This document shows positions 30,701 to 43,470 of a stretch of DNA of 64,000 bases, one piece after another (position 1 is the stretch's first letter; the number at the start of each line of letters is the position of its first letter). Under the pieces are notes generated by a model, which saw nothing but the letters and a program-made list of their open reading frames with translations, made no database searches and was not told the DNA's origin. Location of the stretch: contig CM007989.1 in NCBI GenBank assembly GCA_002189035.1, forward strand, positions 868,001 to 932,000, written 5' to 3'. Made by a program: the position numbers and the translations under genes. This DNA comes from Utricularia gibba (lineage: Eukaryota; Plantae; Magnoliophyta).

Positions 30701-31650
30701 TTGCAGGTCGATCCCGAAAAAACTTCGCTACCTGGATGCTTGGTCACAGGCAAGGACTCGCCTGTGAGAGCAGATTGATCAATCTTGAGAGGATCGCCTT
30801 CGAGTAGACGAGCATCAGCCGGGATAATGTCACCAAGTTTGATGCTGACAATATCTCCGGGGACCAAAATTGCCGCCTCTTGCTCGCTCCATCTCCCATC
30901 TCTCAGAACCTTTCAACAAAAACACGAGCGTGATCACTCAACAGAATAAGAGAAATCACCTTTACTTCTGTTAGGTTGTCTCAATACTACCTTAGTTTTG
31001 GGAGCAAGTCCAGCCATCAAAGCAGCTGCAGCATTACCAGCACTGTTCTCTTCCATGAAACTTATCGTCGAATTGAGAAACAGCAAAGCCACGATTCCAA
31101 CGAAATCTTGCCAATCTGGAGGCCTCCCCTGAAGTTGCATGCTCTCAAATGATTCACATAGTCTCACCAGAAAAACCTCAAAACATCTAATTCAACAAAA
31201 ACCTGTCCATTTGCCAGAACAATGGCGATAATCGCTGCCGCCTCCATCACCCAAGACAGTGGATTCCACATGAAACCCAGGAATTTCAGAAACTTGCTCT
31301 CCTGCCATTAACCAAAAGCAAAATATCACGCTAGTCGCTTCTGATACCCAATAAGTAAAATAAATGCAACCCGATTTATGTTTCTTGCCTCATTCTCCTC
31401 AAGCTTGTTGGGTCCAAAAACCTGAAGCCTCTTCTCAGCTTCAGAGTTAGTCAGCCCTTCCCTCGAACACTGAAGTTGCGTGAAAACTTCCTCCAATGGT
31501 ATACGCTCCTGACCGATTTCCCAAAAAAAGAATAAAAACTTTCATCCAAACAAAAAAAAAAAAAAGGAAATCGTAAATCGATTTCCATACCAGATCAACA
31601 TTCTCCTTTCTAATCTCCTCCAGACTGATACTACTTGTTCCCTCCGCCAT
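27782..31650 (-). CDS. AHA: Plasma-membrane H+-ATPase (P3A)
   Basis: FGPNKLEE; [12 protein letters not shown]; [12 protein letters not shown]; phosphorylation motif [13 protein letters not shown]; FDPPRHDS; [19 protein letters not shown]; C-terminal 14-3-3 site QNYTV*. One base appears to be missing at 29426-29428. Confidence 0.97.
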
Positions 31651-31789
31651 CACACTCACCCAAAAGGAAATAAATCAAACACTCAAAAAATCCGAGAATC
31701 AGAATACCGATCGCAACAAAGGAACAGACAGTAGTTTAGAGTGAAGAGATGTAAACACAGTATGAGATGTAACAGCGTCGTTGGAGTGG

Positions 31790-31797
31790 TTTTTATA
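31790..31797 (-). promoter_or_regulatory. Probable TATA box of the H+-ATPase gene
   Basis: TATAAAAA on the minus strand ~140 bp upstream of the ATG, with no intervening ATG. Confidence 0.45.
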
Positions 31798-32523
31798 CGG
31801 TGAGAAGCGAAACGAACTGTACATGAAGAGCTTCAATAATAGTAAACTGCAAAAATGGGGATCCCCAATCTTCAATGGAAGCCCAATCGCCACGTACAGC
31901 TTTCAGTAGCAGAAGCGGAGAAGAGAGAAAACAGAGTGATGCATGAATGGAAAGACCGTTACTCTTGAACGCCTTGCCCCGGGTCAATGGCTTACACGTG
32001 CTAACCCCTCATTGGCTAGCGTTTCTTTTCTCATTTCTCATTTTTATTATTTCATAATTAGCTTTTAATAATTCAAATTTGGTAATAAAATTAAAAAAAA
32101 ACTGTTCTAAATAATTTTGATAGTTAAAAATAAAATTTTAATTAAATAATTTATTTTAATGCATAATAAAAAATGAATTTAAAATATTTTTGACGCAATT
32201 TTTGCGTCATTAATACATCAAAACATTTTTACTACGAATAAAAATAATATGTTAATATTGTTTTCTCTTATAAAATTAGGGGAAATTTATTTATTGTGAC
32301 TTCGGGAAGACCCACTTGTGTCAGTCGTACCGGTAGCCATTTTTCTTTTACCTTTATTTTTTTTCTTTTAAAGAAATATATATTTTTCATATAGGGTATA
32401 TATAGAAAGCTCCACTCTCAGATTTTCTCTGTCACCATATTCCATTTTCAACCCCCTGCTATCTCTCTTTTCTCTCTCTATCTCTAGCTCGGAAAATAGG
32501 CGAAAACAACGTGTCCGCCGTCT

Positions 32524-34815
32524 ATGACCATCGCCGACGATTGGGTGGCGGCCGCCATGGGCGACGATACGCTCGTGGTTGAGCTACTCGTGCGGCTCCA
32601 AGGCGCTACTCTTCCGGCGCCGAGGAAGGGCACAGCGGCGCTGCCTTTGCCGCTGGAGTGGAGCGTACGTCAGCGGCGATCCAGGTCTTTGAAGAAGGCG
32701 CAGAGGGCTAGCCCTTCCACGCCGTTGACGTGGAGCGGCGCGACGTCGTTTAGCGGATCTGGCGGTGGCGGTTATGACGAAGAGTCCTGCGATGTGCCAC
32801 CGGAAAAACTCCTCTCCGCCGCGAGATCTAAGGTTTGTGAAACACGAAAATATATTTCTCTGATTTTCATTTATCGGTCGCCGCCGCTAGATCGGAGACG
32901 GAACGTATTTTCGTCGATTTCACGGCGGTGTGCGTCCCTATGAACTGTTCGCATTCAGAGGCGCTCGTGTCAGCTGTTAACTTTGGGGTCACCTAACGTG
33001 TCAATGACTCTTGTACCCCCAGGAAATGTGGATATTTACTTCCGCGCGCGTGTGTTGGAAGCCAGATTCCAGCCATTCACATAACTCCTTGTGTTGCGTT
33101 GTGTCCCCCCCTCCTCCTCCACCGGCTGCCGGTGTGTCTGTCAACGAATGACACTTTTAGCCCTACACGCGAAACCCGTGGCTCGTCCTTTGGTGAAATT
33201 ACACCATTACCCTGGTCCTCTGACAGGTAGTCTGGTGATTAATGGCCTTTGGGGATCATAATCCGCACCAGAAGGGGTGTCGTGGTTTATGGTGAAAAGG
33301 GTGATTACCAGGGAAAATCGACTCAATTGTTGGCGTGTCCTTAGTGGCAATTAGGTCTGCTGTTTACGTTTGGGGGGTTATCTGGTACGGTGTGGATCAC
33401 CATTATTAACGTATGACGTCGTGTATCCGTTTTGGACTGGATGGGCATATTTGACCCATGTCCCTGAAACGCGACGTCGTTTGGAGTCTGATGCGCCGCA
33501 AGGCTCTCTCCCACGTCGTTCTCCTCTGCGATGGCCCCTTTCCTGGGTGATCACGAAGGTGAAGTGTGTGTGATCCGTGAAGCTTCTGGGTTTTGCTGAC
33601 AAAACTCCAAAAGCTTCCGTTTGACACCAAAACAGGTCATGTTTGGTAGAGCTTTTAGAGATGTGTACGAGGGAGCGTCGGTTACGTTGCCATGTATAAG
33701 GTTCTTCCTGATAAGCGGGGCAGTTCAATGCAGTCCTACCTCCAACTAGTTGGTTATTTGGTTTGCTTCTGAATTCCATTTTTTATTACTTGAAGACGGC
33801 TGCATTTAATGGCTCATAAATGAAGGGCAGATGATTTGGGTGCCCCCCCCCCCCCCCAAAAAAACCCTTCCTTTGGATTGTTCTCTGTGTTTTTGTTTGA
33901 GTGGTCAAGCCTGTGTGCGTGACTTTTATTTATGAGACCAAACTTATCTTGGTGTGGTATTTATGACTACATTCAAGTATTGATTGTGTGCATGTATCAA
34001 GGGTTCTTGCACTGTAGTGGCTGGTCTCTGTTGTGCATTTATTCGTATGATTCCGCTGCGATTATCCATGCTTATGAGTGGTTTATGTGATAGATCAATG
34101 GGGAGTGTGAAAAAAGGAGCTCTAAGAGGCTAAAAAGGAAGAAGGTAAATGAATACCTCTCATATTTTGCTCTTGCTCTGTGTTCTAATTGGTGAAAACT
34201 GTTGGCTAACTTGTCTTTGTGTTTCTTTTCTAATGATTCGTAGACATTATCAGAACTAAGGGTAGAAGAGAGCTCACTGCTCAAGGAAAGAATAGAGCTG
34301 AAAAAGGTAACCCACTTGTTTTCCTTCTCCCACTCGTGATGCAAAATTCAGACACTATATAATCTGTTTGTTAATTTAGGAAATAACCAAGTTGCGGTTG
34401 CATCTGGAAGAACAAACAGCAAAGAATGACAAGTTCAAGAGGATGAAGGTAAATGCCACAACTTTCTTCACTTATGCAGTTCCTTCCTTTTTTGCAGACA
34501 AACACACGACTCACTCACAAGTAGAATTGGAATACTATCTGCATACACAAACCTCGGCTACTTACTCTTGCTTTGTGAATGTTGCCTTGCTGTGTGCTCA
34601 TGTTCCTTGCCTTTGAACAGACAGAGTTGCAGCCTGTCATGGCTCAAGAATCTTCATCAACAGCATTACCATGCGCCAACTCCAACAAGCTACAACAAAA
34701 GATACCCTCCGCACCTGATGAACCGTCACCACTTTCAAAATTCATGCTTCCAGATCTAAACATCCCATTTGAAGAAGAATCACATTGCCCCGAACTCGTT
34801 CCTGCAATCAGCTGA
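32524..34815 (+). CDS. Uncharacterised plant protein with basic/coiled-coil region and C-terminal EAR-like motif (LPDLN)
   Basis: DDWVAAAMGDDTLVVELLVRL...LPLEWSVRQRRS...ASPSTPLTWSG|...KRKK|TLSELRVEESSLLKERIELKK|EITKLR...KRMK|...FMLPDLNIPFEE, joined by GT-AG introns. Confidence 0.85.
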
Positions 34816-35797
34816 CAGCTGCAGCAGAGGAAGCTAACAGGTGACCGACAAACATAACACACTAGAAAAATCACTAACACCGGTTCAAATCTGGAACTGT
34901 CTCATAGAAATCATTTGACAGCTCTGTTAACCAAGCAGCAGAAATTGTGGTTTCTTCACTGCCCTTGCACGTTGTTATACAGGAACTCTTTCATTCTTAT
35001 TATACACGAGTGTGGATCATTTAGCTTTGGATCTCGTTCATCATCCATGCGTTGATAAATTCAGATTTTACACATTTTTTGGGCTAAAAAATGTCGAGTA
35101 GGCAAGACAAATGTATTTTGTTGTATGATCCATCGTAAGCTAACCCGTCCAATGCATGATCAATGGGCTTTATTCATGAAGAGCCCGGCTTAATATAAGA
35201 ATTCTGGCCCAAGTTGTTTTGGAGGATGTAAGAGAATATTTTCAAGTTACCAATATAAGATTCAGGATTTTGTGATGATATCTTATATTGATTACGAATA
35301 AAATAAGATATGTAATTAAATAAAGTAAATCTTCTAATATTGTATAATGTATTTTCTTCAAAATGAAAGAATGTAAAATCATGAATGTTGAATATAAAAA
35401 ATAAACAATATAGTGTAATAAAAAAGTAAGTAATTACATTTGATATATATTATATTTTTTATTTAATTAATATATATTATTTTTATTAAATATTATTTTA
35501 TAAATATATATTTAAAGAAAATTAAATAAACTAAAATTTATTTCATCAAGAAAACTAATATAGTTTTCAAAAGTATTATTAAATTAATCTAAAGATATTT
35601 CCTAAATCACATATATATTAAAAACCAAATAAATTATGTTTGATATTTTGGGTTTGTAGGTAAGATGGAAGTGATAAGGTGCATTTATTACATTCATAGT
35701 CTCCCAAAGAAGAATAATTACTTGTGTGTTATAAGAAAATAGATTTAAGAGTGATGAGGAACACACACTAGAGAGTGGGGAGGGGACAAGCACACAC

Positions 35798-36438
35798 TCA
35801 GGTAGGCTTCAAGTCCTGAAACAGAGAGTCCCACTTGACCTGTTCAAAGCCACCACTCCAGCGCTCCCTTTCTGGGGACTGAACCAACTTGCTGCTTGAG
35901 ATGCTGCTATCTGGATGGCTGGTTGGCGCTTCTCCTGCCTCGATCACCTCCGATTCCGGTAACGTCGACCCGTGACTCGAACCCGAACCCGAATCACCAT
36001 CCTTGTGCGCTGGTTTCGCCATGATGAGCATTCTTGGAGCAGAGCAAACCATAGCGCTCTCGTTTCTGCACCAGCTCCTCTGTTTCCTCTGCATCATCGT
36101 CAGCCTCCATCTCAAGCTGTGGTTCCTCATTGGCACCGCCACCGGCAACGCCGAGCCGCCGCGCCGCCCGAGAATCCCCGAACTCGACTCATCAGGAAGC
36201 TCTTGGTTCGCGCCGCCGCAGTGAGCATCCACAGGAAGCTCTTGCTCCTCTGCCTTCTCGCCAATTTGAGGATCTCCAGCCGGTGCTTGGCCTTCGTAAT
36301 CCCCATGCTCTGGAGGAAATCGTGGCTGAAGTAGGCGATATCCTCCTGGTCCAGCTCGTTGTCCACGAAGACGTAGGCGTATTCCGGGACGAGGGAAGGA
36401 TCAAGATCGGTTTTTGAGAGCCAGGACAGCCAGTCCAT
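35798..36438 (-). CDS. Plant SAM (sterile alpha motif) domain protein, copy 1
   Basis: MDWLSWLSKTDLDPSLVPEYAYVFVDNELDQEDIAYFSHDFLQSMGITKAKHRLEILKLA...; ends VKWDSLFQDLKPT* after a one-base repair near 36160. Confidence 0.88.
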
Positions 36439-37910
36439 AGGTTGCAGGATGAGGAAAAAATGGCCGCAGACACCACACCACAGCACACCACACACAGGTT
36501 TCTTTCAGTCTCTGGAGGCTTAATGGCACCTCGCTGACAGTAAGATGGTAGTTGAACATGAAAGTGACCAAGGTTTACTCCTTGTCTTTTTTTAACCAGA
36601 AATTATTGTATCATAATTTTATATCATAAAAAAACAAAAAAAAATAATGTGAAAATATCAACGCAATTTATTAATAAATTAATACTCTAATAACGAAAAA
36701 CCATGATTACATCACACAAACAATGCCATCTCAACTTACATTATTAAAATACTAATTTAAAATTTAAAAAACAATAACCCCAAAGTGGAAAAAACCATGA
36801 TCGTTCATTTATTGGATATTTTATATAAATGATGCAAAAATAATCATTATTGGATATTTATTGGATATTTTTCAAAATGACCCTCCATCCATTTGTCTAA
36901 AATTCTCAAAAGATGAATCTTCCAGAAGGTTTTGGTACACTGAGGAGGAGCGCAAGGATGTTGTTCATTTTTTACTGCGGTTTTGTTAGAATTTTCTTGT
37001 GTCCGATGGGGCAAAATGGTCCTGGAACGAGGTGGGCACGTGGGTTGGTTCCCCCGCCCCGCAGAACATCACGTGAACGTCAAGAGCTTGTACTCCAAGG
37101 AATCCATCCATCCCTTCAGACTCCCTAATCACAGGAATTAATTAGGCTAATAATTTATTATAATTAATTCATAATAGTGGAGAAATTAATTATCACTGCT
37201 TATGTAAATATTTTTATCATACATAATTTTTACTGTTTGAAATAATTGTCTAGTTAATAGTGGATGATTAAAAAATATTTAAAATATAATATTTTGAGAA
37301 CTAACTATATTCTTTACCTCAAAATTTGAAAATTAATTGATATATAAAATTTCATGGTTTAATTATGCTCGATAAACAAAAATTTAGGAATTGATTTTAC
37401 CAAAACGTTAAATATTGAGATTTTTTTAGAGGATTTACTTATTTTATTTATTGAATTATCATATATATATTTTTTAATTAAAATGTGCACTTTTATAATT
37501 GACGTCCCATTCTCATTTATGATAAGAAAATGGTGAACCCGGCTCTAGAATCATTATTTGCATTTTGCAGGGACCATCCCTCCATTCTTATTTCTTACAC
37601 TCATAACGACCCCCTAATTTCTTTATTTATTACAATTCAGTTTCTTTTTTCCCAAATAACTAACTCACTATTTTTGGAAAGGATGATATGTAATTTTAGA
37701 AACCTAGTTAAAAGTAACAAAGTGAATAATAATTAGTAATTTTATTATTGATATATATTATAAAAGAAATTAAAATCATAAAAAGTTGCAGAGATCCAAC
37801 CGGGGAATCACGTAGGGTTTGTGGTGGAGGGACAAGAGTGTTCGACATCACACCATGATGAAGAAGTAGCACGCAGGCAGAAGGAAGGAAGGAGACACAG
37901 CGTTTTTTAT

Positions 37911-38450
37911 TCAAGTTGGCTTCAGGTTCTGAAACATCGAATCCCATCGGACCCCCTCGTCGCACGCGCCGCCGCTGGGTATAAGATCATCGTCATCGTC
38001 GTAGTAGTAGTAGTAGCGGGGAGCGGGAGCCCGCTTCAACCGGGAGCTCGCGGAGAATTGCATAGAGTTGCAGCCATTGGTGATCAACAAGGGGGTGGCA
38101 TTGTTTACCATCCGGGCGCTCATGCTTCTCCCCACCTTGCTCCTCTTCAGGCGCCGGATCGGGGTGTAGCTCTGCACGGAGTCGCTGGAGCAGCTGATCA
38201 GTCGTCGGAGATAGCATCTGATGGCGATGGAGAGCTTGGAGCTCTGGGCGTGACTGCATTTCTTCCTCCTGACGAGCTTCAGGATTTCGAGGCGGTGCTT
38301 GGCGATGCCAATCCCCATGCTCTGCAGGAACTCGTGGTCCAAGTACGGCAGGTCCTCCTCTTCCAGCTGGTTCTGTGAGAATACAAGGGCGTACTCATAG
38401 GCCAGAGAAGGATCAAGACTGGTTTTAGAGAGCCAGGAGCACCAGTCCAT
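37911..38450 (-). CDS. Plant SAM domain protein, copy 2 (tandem paralogue)
   Basis: Intact single-exon ORF MDWCSWLSKTSLDPSLAYEYALVFSQNQLEEEDLPYLDHEFLQSMGIGIAKHRLEILKL...VRWDSMFQNLKPT*. Confidence 0.92.
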   Translation of the reverse strand: MDWCSWLSKTSLDPSLAYEYALVFSQNQLEEEDLPYLDHEFLQSMGIGIAKHRLEILKLVRRKKCSHAQSSKLSIAIRCYLRRLISCSSDSVQSYTPIRRLKRSKVGRSMSARMVNNATPLLITNGCNSMQFSASSRLKRAPAPRYYYYYDDDDDLIPSGGACDEGVRWDSMFQNLKPT

Positions 38451-40408
38451 CTCTGTGAAGTCAGGAAGTTTGCCTTGTAGCCGGAGATGCATACTTATCT
38501 TCTTATAGCACCACATACGCCTGCACTCTTTTATTATTACTTTGTTTCTTTTCTCTCTGTATCATAATGGGATCCATGAAAGGGACTGGAAGAGGAAATC
38601 AATACGTATCTGCAACAACCATTCGACATGAGCTGCCTGCTTGCTGCACATCAGGGCTTCTGAGCACCGGGGAACATTCTTTTCAAACCCCAAAACCGGG
38701 GAACATTCTTCGTTTTTCTGATCACTAATTCCACAGTGTCTTAACCCTTTGTTTTTTGTTACCAGAAGCCCTGATCTTCATAAACAGGATGGGGGAACTG
38801 GGGCATTGACTAGTCAAATTCTAGATCACAATAATTTAGAGCATTTCCACCGAAAAGGAGAAGTGGGGTAGGGAAGGGCTCACAGATGGTGGCATTTCTT
38901 CATCTCAGTCTTAAATATGTGACGCTGACAAGCCATCATATTAACTTATGTGTAAAGTGCTTTCAGCCACCACTCTCTTCCCGGTCCGGGCCGCCGTGGA
39001 TCCAGAATTGGTTCAAAATTGATTTTTCAGGATCCCGACAGACAACCACTGCAGCCACAAGATCTTCAATCCAGACATTTGTGACCATCAGCAGAGAGAC
39101 ATCCAGGTCTCCAGTCAGCAACAGAGAAAGAGCAGAGGTATCAGAAGGAATGCCGGTGGTTATGTTAGTGAAGAAGGGATAATTGTGCAAAGATTGTTTC
39201 AGTCAAACACCAACAAGTACGATGATTTTGTGCAAGAAATGGGGTGTGCTTGCACACAAAACAATCATGCGCGAGAAGAAAGAAGAAACTGTGCAACATA
39301 TAGAAAATAAGTTGTATGGGTAATTTTAAGGTTAATCATATGATCACCATTGTTGAAAACCAGATGTTAGTTCACAGAAATGCAATAAAAAGAACAAACA
39401 CAAAGACGTTTTAACTTGGTAAAACACAAATTGAGAAACATTCAGCATCTCAATTACCCTCGAGAATACATGAAAAATCCACTAGAATAATTCTTAATTA
39501 TACATACGGTGAAATCAAGTTATATATTGTAAGATATGAACAAATCAGACTTCACGTTTATTTCCACGTGATCTTACTATATGTTCATCTCAACTCCCGC
39601 AGCTTGATCATGCTCTACCCCAATCATCTATCAAGCATATGGAGATCAGCATGTTTGTAAGTAGTGGGTGAATCAGGTAATAAATAATTTTTTTAAACAA
39701 CATTGTCGACAAAACATACTCATGTTATTCAAATCACTCATTTTTGTGTTAATTAATCTTACTTATTTTTAATCTCAAACAAATTAAAACATTTCATTAA
39801 ATGAGCTCTAACTCGCTAATGATTCATTAAACAGAGAGGGACAGGAGAATAGGGATTTCAAATTCTGGCTCAATAATGGATCCTGTTGGTGCAGCGGCTC
39901 AAGGGTACAACAAAAAGGCTTACTCTGCTCAATTACTTCAGTTCGTGCTCGCGACATTTAAACTCCCAGTAAATAATTCCACAGTACTAAACTCAATTTC
40001 GCACGGAGAATATTACTACCTTCTTACAAAGCTGTGTGCCACGGACACAATAATTGTATTCATGGGACATGATTGTAACAACTGAGAATGTCTCCCATCG
40101 AACAAAACTGTTTTATTGGTGATCCATTTGAGCGGTAAGAGGGGCACTTGGATGAGTTTTTTCCATGGATTCGAGAATGGTAGGAATAGCATTATGGGTT
40201 GGGTGGATGGAGCATTGCCGGTTGCTAGAAATGGCACGACATGGGAGCTCTCGTTACGTAGCCGACACCAGCTCCATGCCGAATTCCTTTTAGCAACTTC
40301 AACAGTTTCATAAATGCGACTTTAAAACCCTCCCGTATGTGTAATAACGAAGCCCCGCCTTCATATACCATGCTTCCGGTTCGCAGTGGCCAACTCGCCA
40401 CCAGCTAC

Positions 40409-41034
40409 ATGGTTCCTCAGAGGCGAAAGTTCCGAGGGGTGAGGCAGCGCTACTGGGGCTCCTGGGTGTCTGAAATCCGCCACCCCTTGTTGTGAGTATC
40501 TCTAGTTTCGTGTGTTTGTGAGGAAACAGAGAACCAGGATGGGTGGATCATTTTGGGTGTTTTTGTTTGGATATCGTGAGCAGGAAGCGGAGGGTGTGGT
40601 TGGGGACGTTCGACACGGCGGAGAAGGCGGCGCGAGCTTACGACGAGGCGGCGGTGATCATGAGAGGGCGAAATGCGAAGACCAATTTCCCCATTCCGGC
40701 GGAGGTCTTTCCGTCTTCCGCTTACACGTCCCTGGCGGCCATCCTAAACGCGAAGCTTCAGAAATGCGGCAAGTCACCGCCCTCTCCTTCTCTGACGTGT
40801 CTGAGGCTGGACACGGAGAACTCCCACATCGGCGTTTGGCAGAAACGGGCCGGCCCAAGATCCGGGTCCAGGTGGGTTATGACCGTGGAGCTCGGAAACA
40901 AGGGCCGGATTGCCGCCGAGGCGGAGCTCCCGGCGGCGGAGGTAGAGGGTGAGGCTGCACACGTGGCAGGGGACGTTGCGAGCGACGAGGAGGAAAGGAT
41001 TGCGCTACAGATGATTGAGGAACTTTTGACTTGA
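40409..41034 (+). CDS. SHN: AP2/ERF transcription factor, SHINE/WIN1 clade
   Basis: [27 protein letters not shown]|[24 protein letters not shown]; middle motif [22 protein letters not shown]; C-terminal motif [14 protein letters not shown]. Intron 40492-40583. Confidence 0.95.
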
Positions 41035-41479
41035 GCTCAAATAACCATAAAAAAAACAAAAAAATTCAAATGCTTTCATTTTCGTGTGGCTCTTTACATT
41101 TTATTTTCCGTTTTTAAAAATAAAAATAGTTACTTAATGTTCCATCAGGTAGGCTACAAATATTCACAATGGGCATGATGGGGACACGAATATTTTTGGA
41201 CCATGTGTCGTGTAAGAACATACATGATACAAAAACGTTATGTCCATACCATATATACCATGACATCGCATTATAAACAGAAGTGCAATAACAAGGGAAG
41301 ATGAAGTTAACGCTACACTTCATTTATTCAAAAAAAAAAAAAAAACAGGACAAACTTCACACATGGTTAATTCCGATCATGCCCCGGTGTCACTTTTATC
41401 TTTTTCGAACTTTGAGATCTGTGTTCTATGCTTTTCGTGATGACCAAACCTAAACCTAATTAACAAATCGAAGCGGCGG

Positions 41480-41860
41480 TCACATCACGCGCTTACCGGA
41501 TTTCGGCGGCCGGCGGCCATCGCCTTTCCCGAACGCACTGCAGAATCCGCAAACGGATACCTTCGGCGACGGCGGTTCAATCGCTGCAGGGACAGCACCC
41601 GTCCGGAATCCCCTTCCTCCTCCGCCAGATCTGCTTCTTTTGATCTCGATTTGCAACCCTGGCGCCGCCGCGTTGGAAGAGCTCTTCTCCGCGACGGCAC
41701 AAGTTTTCTCCACTGCCGGAGTCTCTTCGCGTGAGGACGTGGCCGCTTTCTCCTCCTGTTGGCGATTTATCTCCGCAGCGAGGAACTTGTCGTCCCAAAC
41801 GAATCCCGAAGAGCCTTGTCTCCTGAAGGAAATCGACGATCTCTGTAGACCGGACGTCAT
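41480..41860 (-). CDS. MASS-like small MAPK-substrate protein (At1g80180 family)
   Basis: GLQRSSISFRRQGSSGFVWDD ... IKRSRSGG ... FRTG...IEPPSPKVSVCGFCSAFGK, single exon. Confidence 0.88.
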   Translation of the reverse strand: MTSGLQRSSISFRRQGSSGFVWDDKFLAAEINRQQEEKAATSSREETPAVEKTCAVAEKSSSNAAAPGLQIEIKRSRSGGGGRGFRTGAVPAAIEPPSPKVSVCGFCSAFGKGDGRRPPKSGKRVM

Positions 41861-42730
41861 CGGACCTCGATGCGATTACGCTGCGGCGGCGATCGGATTT
41901 GGTACAAGGCTGTTTTTGATCGGGAATTGACTCCGAGGAGTTCAAACGTGGAAGGTGGAACTAGTCATCTCCACCAATAGATCACTCCCTAAGGTTCGAT
42001 TTCACAAATGTCGAAAATTTTATCTCTAACCCCCCACAATTTATATCCCTCTAGGCGCTAAATTATTATCTATTTATAAATTAGCCCCACATCTCCTTAA
42101 TATTATATCTAAGAAGCAAATATTAAATTATTTGATGCAATTGGCATCCCAGCCCTTAATTTGATTGGTGTATAAGCAAAAAACAATTATTTTAATATTC
42201 TTAATTGGCAAGTTGGTAAATGTAATTTACAAGTTTACCTTTTCGGGGGTTCGGAACCTTTTGTTTTTTTCAATTAGGACAAAACGACCAGCCAATTGCA
42301 TTGTTTTGACTTGTTACAATAATTAGTTATCATTACAATTTATTATATTCTTGAAATTACTTTATGGTCACTTGCTATGCAGCTACATCAAGTATTAAAG
42401 TTGTTTGGAGATACGATCAGGCACATTGATTTTCAGGGAACGTCGAATCCCCCCACAGTATTTGCAACCAGGCCTATTCAATTAAGCAATATTTTTATTA
42501 TTAGAAAAACATATTAACGGGAAAATTATCGGTTTGCTAGGTGGCGGTTTCCGCGGGATGTGGTCCCCCCGATCTGTCTCGGCGGCGACATTGGAAACGA
42601 CGCTGTGATCGTGCCATCATACCGAATGCGACATTCGATTCGCGTGACACGCCATGGAAGAGAGCAATGAAGATGAAAACTATCGGCGTTTAAATGACGG
42701 CCTTGAACCGTACTCATTCACCGATCGCGG

Positions 42731-43078
42731 CTAGGCGGACACGTCCGACGCCAGCCTCGCGGCGATCGCTGAGTGATTCCACCTGTCGTGAAAATTCGAG
42801 GTCTCAATCGTCTTCTTACGCAGCGCCTTGGCCTTCTCCTGCGTGAAGCATCCCATGAATAATTTCTTCTCTGGCCGGACGACGTTTGAAGCCGGATCCG
42901 ATTCCTCAACCGCCGAATCGTGCTTAGATCCTCCGCCGATTAGGTAATCCGGCTTCGAGCCCCATCCGACGATCGGAGTCCACCAATTGCTGTTTCTAAG
43001 GCCGGATTCCGAAGATGCGGTGGAGGAAGCAACTGGGACCCGAGATGCGGAGAAGAAGAGAGTTGCCGATGACACCAT
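42731..43078 (-). CDS. Small plant-specific uncharacterised protein (WW-P..GW..PDY / FT-EKA..LR..T / HSAIA-RLASD family)
   Basis: MVSSATLFFSASRVP...WWTPIVGWGSKPDY...FTQEKAKALRKKTIETSNFHD...HSAIAARLASDVSA*. Confidence 0.8.
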   Translation of the reverse strand: MVSSATLFFSASRVPVASSTASSESGLRNSNWWTPIVGWGSKPDYLIGGGSKHDSAVEESDPASNVVRPEKKLFMGCFTQEKAKALRKKTIETSNFHDRWNHSAIAARLASDVSA

Positions 43079-43407
43079 AGAAGCCCTTTCTTTTTGCAGT
43101 ATGGGGAGAGATGGAAGATGGAGAAGATACTTGTGCACTTTTGCGTTTATGCGGGAGGAAAAGAATTTCAATTTAACGGAAAAACGGAGGTGAAATGGAT
43201 AAGATTTGTTTGTACTTGTGGAGACACGCAGGCAAAACAACGGACACGCGCGTCCTCCCAATCCATTTAATTAAATTGGATAAGAATGGGAAATGAAATC
43301 TTGATTTTTAAAATATAATTGTTAAATAGATTCTTCATAAAACAATAAATAGAAATTTGTTTTTTCCTTGCGCAAATGAAGTACTATAAAATGTTACAAT
43401 CATCCAT

Positions 43408-43470
43408 TGGGCCCGTGCTAGATATTAAAGGAAAGAAAATAGGGTGTGATTAGGCCCAATACAAGGCCCA
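43408..43470. promoter_or_regulatory. Site II (TGGGCY/GGCCCA) cluster upstream of the SCL gene
   Basis: TGGGCC at 43408-43413 and GGCCCA at 43453-43458 and 43465-43470, just upstream of the probable 5' UTR exon. Confidence 0.45.

Noticed and set aside
33370-33779. 133-aa ORF and GC-richer block
   Set aside because: It lies within the first intron of the EAR-motif gene and has no recognisable protein pattern.
40822-40831. TCCCACATCG (USE core) on the plus strand
   Set aside because: It lies inside the SHN coding sequence (NSHIG), lacks the leading RT of the full consensus, and has no TATA at the right spacing.
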